Of a stretch of DNA of 64,000 nucleotides, positions 58,035 through 64,000 are shown piece after piece; the first letter of the stretch is position 1; every line of letters starts with the position of its first letter. A program made the translations under genes and the position numbers. Below the pieces are notes generated by a model. It saw nothing but the letters and a program-made list of their open reading frames with translations. It had not been told where the DNA came from and ran no database searches. The stretch spans positions 82,240-146,239 of the forward strand of contig DAHWUP010000002.1 of the NCBI GenBank assembly GCA_027334565.1. The letters are read 5' to 3'. The DNA is from Candidatus Levyibacteriota bacterium (GTDB lineage Bacteria; Patescibacteriota; Microgenomatia; Levybacterales; UBA12049).

Positions 58035-58295
58035 ATGAATATGGGTGAAGCAAGTTCGACGGAGGAAAATTTTGGACTCAAACCCGAAAATTTTGCGCAG
58101 ACCATCCAAAACGGGCCGGCCATCGCTAAAATAACCACCCAGATACCCTCCGAAGACGAGACTATAACGGCCGCCGGCAAAGAAGGCGTAGCTTTTACGG
58201 TCCGTCTTCCCGAGACTACCGATAGCGAAACGTTCGCCTCTAAAAACCCGGGGTTCTTAAGAAGGGTATTTGCTAAATTAAAAATAATCCATTAG
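58035..58295 (+). CDS. Small hypothetical protein (ORFan)
   Basis: TATAAT 8 nt upstream; fills the gap between opposite-strand genes. Confidence 0.5.
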   Translation: MNMGEASSTEENFGLKPENFAQTIQNGPAIAKITTQIPSEDETITAAGKEGVAFTVRLPETTDSETFASKNPGFLRRVFAKLKIIH

Positions 58296-58314
58296 GCAAA
58301 AAAATTATCCGGAG

Positions 58315-59538
58315 TTATTTAATTTTTTTCAACAATTCCTGAAGGGTTAATAATTCACTATTGCTTGCTGTTCTCTCTTTAAATTCGATCTTTCCCCCGC
58401 TCCTTTGCGAAACCACCAAACGGTATGGTATGCCTATCAAATCTGCGTCGGCGAATTTTTCTCCGGCCGAGACATCCCTGTCATCGTACAAAACCTCCAT
58501 ACCGCTTTCTTGCAGTTCCCGATAGACCTTTTCCGCCTGTTCATCCGTGCCTAAAGAAATAAGGTGTACGAGATACGGCGCAACGGCTTTCGGCCAGATG
58601 ATCCCCTTCTGGTCGTGAAACAGTTCGACCAAAGTGCCTAAAACTCTGGTGGGTCCGATACCGTAACTTGCAAGCCAAACGGGTTTCCTTTGCCCGCTCT
58701 GGTCGTTATAATACCCGCCCATCTTCTCGGCGTACATTGTACCCAAAGGAAAGATATTACCAACCTCGATCGCCTTGGCTTCCACCATTTTGCCTTTTCT
58801 GCATTTAGGACATATCTCCCCTTTCTTCCCTTTAAAAATCTCCTTATTTTGGGCAAAATCGCAGTTGTCACAATAAAAAATAGTATCTTCGCCCTGATCG
58901 CTCAATACCTGGAATTCATGTGTGATGTTCTCGGTGAACACTCCCCCTCCGGCTTCAACGATTTTTACATCAAATCCGATCCTCTTAAAGATTTTAAAAT
59001 AGCTTTCGGCCACTTCCCAGTAATATTTGTACATGTCATCCTTGGTTAAATGCGCACTGTATAAGTCTTTCATCAGGAATTCCCTGGCTCGAAGTATTCC
59101 TGACTTAGCCCTGGGTTCATATCTGAATTTGGTTGAGAAATGATAAATTTTTATGGGAAATTCCTTGGGGCTTACATAAAGCTTGGTAATTAAATACATC
59201 ACTATCTCTTCGTGCGTAAAGGAAAGTCCGTATTCCTTGTCATCCTTTTTAAGCTGATACATGATGTCTCTGGCCTTATCCCAGCGGCCGGTCTCTTTCC
59301 ATATCTCTTTGGGATGAAGAAGCGGCATCAACATTTCCTGCGCTCCGGTTTTATCAAGTTCTTCACGGATAATATCGTTAATTTTTGTCACAACCCGAAA
59401 TCCTAAAGGTAGAAGCGTCCACGAACCGGACATCAGTTGATCGATAAATCCCGCCTGTACAAGTAATTTATGGTTGACTGACTCGGCCGCTTTAGGCGCC
59501 TGCTTTAAAGTTTTCGGAAAATTATGAGAATATCTCAT
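58315..59538 (-). CDS. proS: Proline--tRNA ligase (short, no editing domain)
   Basis: LL.QAGFI, WKETGRW, THEE, KFRYEPR, REFLMKDLYS, IEVGNIF, YGIG. Confidence 0.97.
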   Translation of the reverse strand: MRYSHNFPKTLKQAPKAAESVNHKLLVQAGFIDQLMSGSWTLLPLGFRVVTKINDIIREELDKTGAQEMLMPLLHPKEIWKETGRWDKARDIMYQLKKDDKEYGLSFTHEEIVMYLITKLYVSPKEFPIKIYHFSTKFRYEPRAKSGILRAREFLMKDLYSAHLTKDDMYKYYWEVAESYFKIFKRIGFDVKIVEAGGGVFTENITHEFQVLSDQGEDTIFYCDNCDFAQNKEIFKGKKGEICPKCRKGKMVEAKAIEVGNIFPLGTMYAEKMGGYYNDQSGQRKPVWLASYGIGPTRVLGTLVELFHDQKGIIWPKAVAPYLVHLISLGTDEQAEKVYRELQESGMEVLYDDRDVSAGEKFADADLIGIPYRLVVSQRSGGKIEFKERTASNSELLTLQELLKKIK

Positions 59539-59592
59539 ACGGATGAGTATACCATTTTTCCTTTTTATATTGTATACTCTTAAAATTATCTA

Positions 59593-59946
59593 ATGAATGA
59601 GCGACAGCCCCAAGACAACGGAAATTTGGATGGTGTCATCAAAGACGAAATAAGCGTCAACTACATCAACCCCGCAAACGCTTCGGGACATAACTTAAGA
59701 AGACTAATTGCCGAAACAATTTTTTCACCCAAAAGTGAAGCAAGTCTAAGGTACAACCTCCATGATTACGAAGATGAATTAACTACCGATCAGCTTGAAA
59801 GCGTTAGGCATACGGGTTTATACGATATAATCGGGTTCATTAATGAAAAGGCGTGTGAGCTGGGTTTTGCAGATGAAATAATAGTTGTAAGCAAGGGTCC
59901 CTTCCCGACAGAAATAATAAATTCCGAAAGCCAGAGAATCATTTAA
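59593..59946 (+). CDS. Hypothetical protein (ORFan)
   Basis: TAAAAT 6 nt upstream of ATG. Confidence 0.55.
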   Translation: MNERQPQDNGNLDGVIKDEISVNYINPANASGHNLRRLIAETIFSPKSEASLRYNLHDYEDELTTDQLESVRHTGLYDIIGFINEKACELGFADEIIVVSKGPFPTEIINSESQRII

Positions 59947-59978
59947 TTTAGAGCTTCTTATCTGTCTGAATTTTAAGT

Positions 59979-60305
59979 TCAGACCACCTCCGTTCCCTTA
60001 GGAACGTCTATCTCGGGAATAAGAAGTACGGTTTTTTCAGGTACGTCAATTGCCATCAGCATCCCTTGTGATTCTTCTCCCTTGAATTTGCGGTATTGAA
60101 GATTCACGATAAAAGGCAACCTCTTCCCTACCAATTCTTCGGGCTTAAAACTTTCCGCGATCCCCGAAACAATCTGCCTTTGAAACTCTCCGAAATCAAC
60201 CTGAAGCTTTAAAAGCTTATCCGCATTTTCGACTTTCTCGACGGATAAAATTTCACCTATTCTGATCTCAACCTTCTTAAAATCGTCTAAAGCTATTTGG
60301 TCCAT
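59979..60305 (-). CDS. tRNA-binding OB-fold protein (MetG C-terminal/Trbp111/CsaA)
   Basis: DDFKKVEIRIG, ADKLLKLQVDFG, RQIVSGI, ESQGMLM. Confidence 0.93.
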   Translation of the reverse strand: MDQIALDDFKKVEIRIGEILSVEKVENADKLLKLQVDFGEFQRQIVSGIAESFKPEELVGKRLPFIVNLQYRKFKGEESQGMLMAIDVPEKTVLLIPEIDVPKGTEVV

Positions 60306-60319
60306 AAAAGAAATTATAC

Positions 60320-61213
60320 TTATTTCCCAATCTCATGTCCACCGAAAGCGTTCCTTAATGCATTCAGGACTTTCGTGGAAAATGCTCTGTGTAGCTCTTT
60401 TTGCTTTTGGGTTTGCAGCCTGTATCGAAGCGAATCCTCGATAATCCTTATATTTATACCTTTGTTCTTTGCTTCCTCTATAGTCCACCTTGCTTCACCC
60501 GATTCGCTAACCGGCCCTTCCATCATCTTAAGGTCGGGGCTATTTTTCAAGGATTCAGCCAAGCGGTCCATCAGAAATCCGGAAATGACCGTTCCCTTTT
60601 GAAAAACCTCCGCCACCTTTACAAGATCGAATTTATAATCAGATTTCTCAAGGACTTCAAACCCTTCTGCCAAAGACTGCATCATCCCATACTCGATCCC
60701 GTTATGCGCCATTTTTATGAAGTGCCCCGCCCCGCCTTCGCCAAAAAACTTGTGTCCGCCTTTCGGTTTTGCCAGCGAATCAAGTAAGGGAATGATGTAC
60801 TCGTATGCCTCCTTTGAACCTCCGGCCATTAGCGGATAACCGCTTCCCTCGGCCAAGATCCCGCCGCTTATACCGATGCCCAAGTACTCAATACCCATAG
60901 GTTTAAAATGCCCGAAGCGTCTTTCCGTATCCTTAAAATATGCGTTCCCGCCGTCGACAACGATGTCGCCTTTTTCAAGATACGGCTCAAGCTGATCCAG
61001 CACTCCCTGGGTCGCCTCACCCGCAGGCAGCATCAACCATAAAACTTTGGGGCGGGGCAATTTGGAAATCAAGTTTTCGATGTTTTTAGAAATTTCCAAT
61101 CCCGAAATATCTTTGGGGCCTCTGTTCCAGGCAATCACCCGATGTCCCGATTTTGACAACTTAAGAGCGATCCTTGAACCCATTTTTCCAAGCCCCAGAA
61201 CGCCGACTGTCAT
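60320..61213 (-). CDS. gnd: 6-phosphogluconate dehydrogenase (short form)
   Basis: GLGKMG, WLMLPAG, DGGN, GAGHFIKMAHNGIEYG, ALRNAFGGH; ATGA overlap with zwf. Confidence 0.95.
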   Translation of the reverse strand: MTVGVLGLGKMGSRIALKLSKSGHRVIAWNRGPKDISGLEISKNIENLISKLPRPKVLWLMLPAGEATQGVLDQLEPYLEKGDIVVDGGNAYFKDTERRFGHFKPMGIEYLGIGISGGILAEGSGYPLMAGGSKEAYEYIIPLLDSLAKPKGGHKFFGEGGAGHFIKMAHNGIEYGMMQSLAEGFEVLEKSDYKFDLVKVAEVFQKGTVISGFLMDRLAESLKNSPDLKMMEGPVSESGEARWTIEEAKNKGINIRIIEDSLRYRLQTQKQKELHRAFSTKVLNALRNAFGGHEIGK

Positions 61214-62667
61214 ATCAACCACTTCCTCCCGTCTTTTTCAATTAATGCATCCGCTTCCTTAACCCCCCAGCTGCCGCGTGTATAAGTTTTGATAGGGGTT
61301 TTTTCCTCCTCCCAGTTTCTTAGAATGTCCGTTATAAGTCTCCAGGAACTTTCCAATTCGTCCGAACGGCTGAATAACATCTGGTCTCCGAAAAAAATAT
61401 CCAGAAGTATTTTTTCGTAGGCCTCCAGCCCTCTTGTTCCGAAACTTTCCTTATAATTAAATTTCATATCCACCGAATCGAGTCCCAATTTTACCCCCGG
61501 TGTCTTGGCGATGAAGCGAAGGTTTATCCCTTCATCGGGCTGAATCCTGAAGGTAATGACGTTTCCTATCTCGGGACAACCGTACTCCTTAAATAGAATG
61601 TGGCAGGTCTGTATGAAAACTACCGAAATCTCGATAACATGTTCCGGCATATCCTTACCGGCTCTAACATAAAACGGTACTCCTTCAAACTTTGGGGTAT
61701 CGACAAACAACTTCATCGCTACAAACGTTTCGGTTTGGGAATCGGAAGAAACGTTCTCCTCGTTTAAGTATCCTTGATATTGCCCTTTGACCACCGAATC
61801 CTTTTGGTCACAACGAAGTGATGCGATCACCTTGGCTCTGGCGTCCCTTAGATCTTCCTTGGTAAAGCTTTTCGGGCTTTCCATCGCCACTGCCGCCAGA
61901 AGCTGCATCAGATGGTTTTGGGCTATATCCCGAAGCTCCCCCACTCCGTCGAAAAATCGTCCGCGGTTGCCGATCCCGCCCTTTTCGGCGAATGTGATCT
62001 GTACGTGGTCTATAAAGTTCTTGTTCCAGACCGGCTCGAAAATACCGTTGGCAAACCTAAAAGCCAACATATTCTGCACGGTTTCCTTTCCAAGGTAATG
62101 ATCAACCCTAAAAATCTGCCTTTCGTCAAAAATCTCCCCTAACTTTTTATCCAGACTTCTGGCGGTTTCAAGGTCCTTTCCGAAGGGCTTTTCGATAACT
62201 ATCCTTGTCCAGCTGCCCTTACCGAAATCTTCCGAGGGATATCCGCAACCTTCGGATAATTTGGTTTTGACCAGGCTATCCAAAATAGCCTCGTCGTAAT
62301 CCGGAGGAGTTGCCAGATAGTAAAACCGGGTTACGCACGCCCCAATCTGCGAATCGATTACCTTTAACTTTTCCGAAAGTTCAAGATAACCCTTATCGTC
62401 TTCAAAACTTCCGTCCTGGTAAAATAAATGTTTGGTAAAGTCCTCCCACCCAGGGTCTTTGCTTTCCTGTGTAAAGTATCCGCGAAAATGTTCGTCCGAC
62501 AGATTCCTTCTGGAAAAACCGATGATGAAAAATTTATCCGGCAGCATTCCGTTTTTAAACATCGAAAACAATGCCGGAATCAGTTTGTTTTTTGCCAAAT
62601 CCCCCGTCGCCCCGAAGATAACCATGATAAACGGTTGATTCACCTTAAAGTTTTTGGAATTTTCCAT
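61210..62667 (-). CDS. zwf: Glucose-6-phosphate 1-dehydrogenase
   Basis: GATGDLA, EKPFG, RVDHYLGKE, RDIAQNH, RAGK. Confidence 0.97.
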   Translation of the reverse strand: MENSKNFKVNQPFIMVIFGATGDLAKNKLIPALFSMFKNGMLPDKFFIIGFSRRNLSDEHFRGYFTQESKDPGWEDFTKHLFYQDGSFEDDKGYLELSEKLKVIDSQIGACVTRFYYLATPPDYDEAILDSLVKTKLSEGCGYPSEDFGKGSWTRIVIEKPFGKDLETARSLDKKLGEIFDERQIFRVDHYLGKETVQNMLAFRFANGIFEPVWNKNFIDHVQITFAEKGGIGNRGRFFDGVGELRDIAQNHLMQLLAAVAMESPKSFTKEDLRDARAKVIASLRCDQKDSVVKGQYQGYLNEENVSSDSQTETFVAMKLFVDTPKFEGVPFYVRAGKDMPEHVIEISVVFIQTCHILFKEYGCPEIGNVITFRIQPDEGINLRFIAKTPGVKLGLDSVDMKFNYKESFGTRGLEAYEKILLDIFFGDQMLFSRSDELESSWRLITDILRNWEEEKTPIKTYTRGSWGVKEADALIEKDGRKWLI

Positions 62668-62719
62668 AATTTAAAAATTATAAAGCCTTGAACAACAAAT
62701 ATAAAGAACTAATCTGATT

Positions 62720-63415
62720 TTACCGAAAATAAACCGATTGGTCCGTAATCAAGACCGTCACTTTAGAAAGCTCCTTCATCAAAAACCTCGCCGGGACCTT
62801 TGTAACGAAACCTTCTTCGAACATTCGCTTTAGGGCTATCTGTTTTTCTTTTCCGAATGCCAAAACGATTATTTTGTCAAACTGCCTTAATGCGGCAAAA
62901 CTTAAGGTAATCCTTTTCTTGTAAACCGTTTTATTCGCATTATAAAAGCTGACCAGTGATGTCTTATCATTTAAAATCGCATCGGAAATCTTCTCGATTG
63001 CCGGTATTCCCGCAGTATGTCCGTCCGTACCGACCCCTAAAATGGCCATGCTTTTTTGAAAATGATTGAATAAGTAACGCACGGTCTCGTCATAATCTTT
63101 GGCTGTGTCCTCAAGACCTTTATTTTGAAGGATCGGGTAGAATTTTATGTTCAGTTCATCAAGTGCGGACAACAATTGAGTATTTTTTATCATCAGCTCG
63201 TTACTATCTATGTAAAACTTCTCCCCGTACCGTTCGTCCACCATCGCAACCGCTCCCGCCTTAAGCTTTTTCTCTTTCGCTAAGAGTTGATACAAAGCTT
63301 TTGGCGTCGATCCGCCGGACAAAAAAAGCACGCTACTTTGGGTTAAATGCTGATAAATAAGAGTTTTGCAGATTTCAAAACCTTCCTTTGGATTGTTAAC
63401 TTTTACTATCTTCAT
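62720..63415 (-). CDS. pgl: 6-phosphogluconolactonase
   Basis: LSGGSTP, DER, SN, LGVGTDGHTA, RITL; upstream of zwf. Confidence 0.9.
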   Translation of the reverse strand: MKIVKVNNPKEGFEICKTLIYQHLTQSSVLFLSGGSTPKALYQLLAKEKKLKAGAVAMVDERYGEKFYIDSNELMIKNTQLLSALDELNIKFYPILQNKGLEDTAKDYDETVRYLFNHFQKSMAILGVGTDGHTAGIPAIEKISDAILNDKTSLVSFYNANKTVYKKRITLSFAALRQFDKIIVLAFGKEKQIALKRMFEEGFVTKVPARFLMKELSKVTVLITDQSVYFR

Positions 63416-64000
63416 TTGGGAATAATCGGCTGCCCGGAGAAAATCCTTAACAAATCGTGCACCGTAATAAGAGCGATAAGTGCGAGTAGAATCGCCATCC
63501 CGACGGTATGAATATACGATTCCAAAACCGGATCGACCTTACGTCTGGTGACAGCTTCGATGGCGATGAATAACAGTCTTCCTCCGTCAAGCGCCGGAAA
63601 AGGTAAAATGTTTACTATCGCAAGGTTTAAGGATAGAAGCGCGACAAATGATAATACCGCGTTAAACCCGATGCTGACCACCGTTCCTGTCAGCTGCGCT
63701 ATGCCGACCGGACCGGCCACATCTTGTGGCACCGCTCCCCTGGTGAGGATTTGGGTCGTAAGCATCACCAGACCGTTCACGATAAGCCAGGTCTCATTCA
63801 ACGCTTCTTTTGTGCCAACGAACGGCGCTTCATACCAGGGATACCTTTTTATATCTGTCCCCGGCGAAATCGCTACCCCCATGGGTCCCTGATTTTTCGG
63901 ATAGTTTTTACGCGGAGTAATGTTTAAAACGATTTCTTTTCCGTTTTGAGTTTTAATAAGAATCGGAATTTGCGTTCCCGCTAGGTGGTCTACCAGTTTT
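63412..64000 (-). CDS. rseP: M50 RIP metalloprotease, 5'-truncated by window edge
   Basis: GPVGI, LSLNLAIVNILPFPALDGG; PDZ-like segment upstream. Confidence 0.93.
   Translation of the reverse strand, partial: KLVDHLAGTQIPILIKTQNGKEIVLNITPRKNYPKNQGPMGVAISPGTDIKRYPWYEAPFVGTKEALNETWLIVNGLVMLTTQILTRGAVPQDVAGPVGIAQLTGTVVSIGFNAVLSFVALLSLNLAIVNILPFPALDGGRLLFIAIEAVTRRKVDPVLESYIHTVGMAILLALIALITVHDLLRIFSGQPIIPK

Noticed and set aside
1026-63927. Numerous 60-170 aa ORFs overlapping identified genes
   Set aside because: Antisense or out-of-frame shadows of well-supported CDSs with no independent motifs
1-64000. Recoded TGA (code 25/4), tRNA/rRNA genes, IS elements, introns or inteins
   Set aside because: Conserved genes end at TGA at the expected lengths and are uninterrupted; no T-loop/cloverleaf, rRNA, transposase or integrase signatures were seen by eye

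Overview
A low-GC, gene-dense 64 kb chromosomal segment, most likely from a Patescibacteria/CPR (Microgenomates-like) bacterium. The taxonomy is inferred from the short ProRS and RF1, split transketolase, many ORFans and Pro/Thr-linker surface proteins. It uses standard code 11. Housekeeping blocks include hisS; rpmE-prfA; murB; ctpA-htrA; rpsF-ssb-rpsR; ychF; dnaX-ybaB-prs-recR-cysS; HIT-rpsU-ybeY; proS; rseP-pgl-zwf-gnd; and glycerate kinase-tkt-tkt with fba. These flank an accessory-rich middle (about 20-45 kb). I saw no rRNA, tRNA, CRISPR array, transposase or integrase. The most notable items: (1) a flavinylation-based transmembrane redox module (two FMN-binding proteins, a signal-less ApbE, an RnfD-like/FNR fusion) beside two F420-type LLM oxidoreductases, with an 11-bp-period direct repeat shared by both FMN-binding gene promoters and one to two others; (2) a GT51 transglycosylase whose catalytic motifs are systematically altered; (3) an apparently circularly permuted MazG-like pyrophosphatase; (4) an orphan ParB with a CxxC-x8-C-x3-H insert; (5) a promoter-structured RNA-terminator unit at about 31.0-31.2 kb plus twin hairpins; (6) an ECF sigma/anti-sigma pair with a visible cognate-type promoter; (7) pervasive leaderless gene starts; and (8) small ORFs missed by the ORF track. 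All product calls come from motif recognition by eye, not from database searches.
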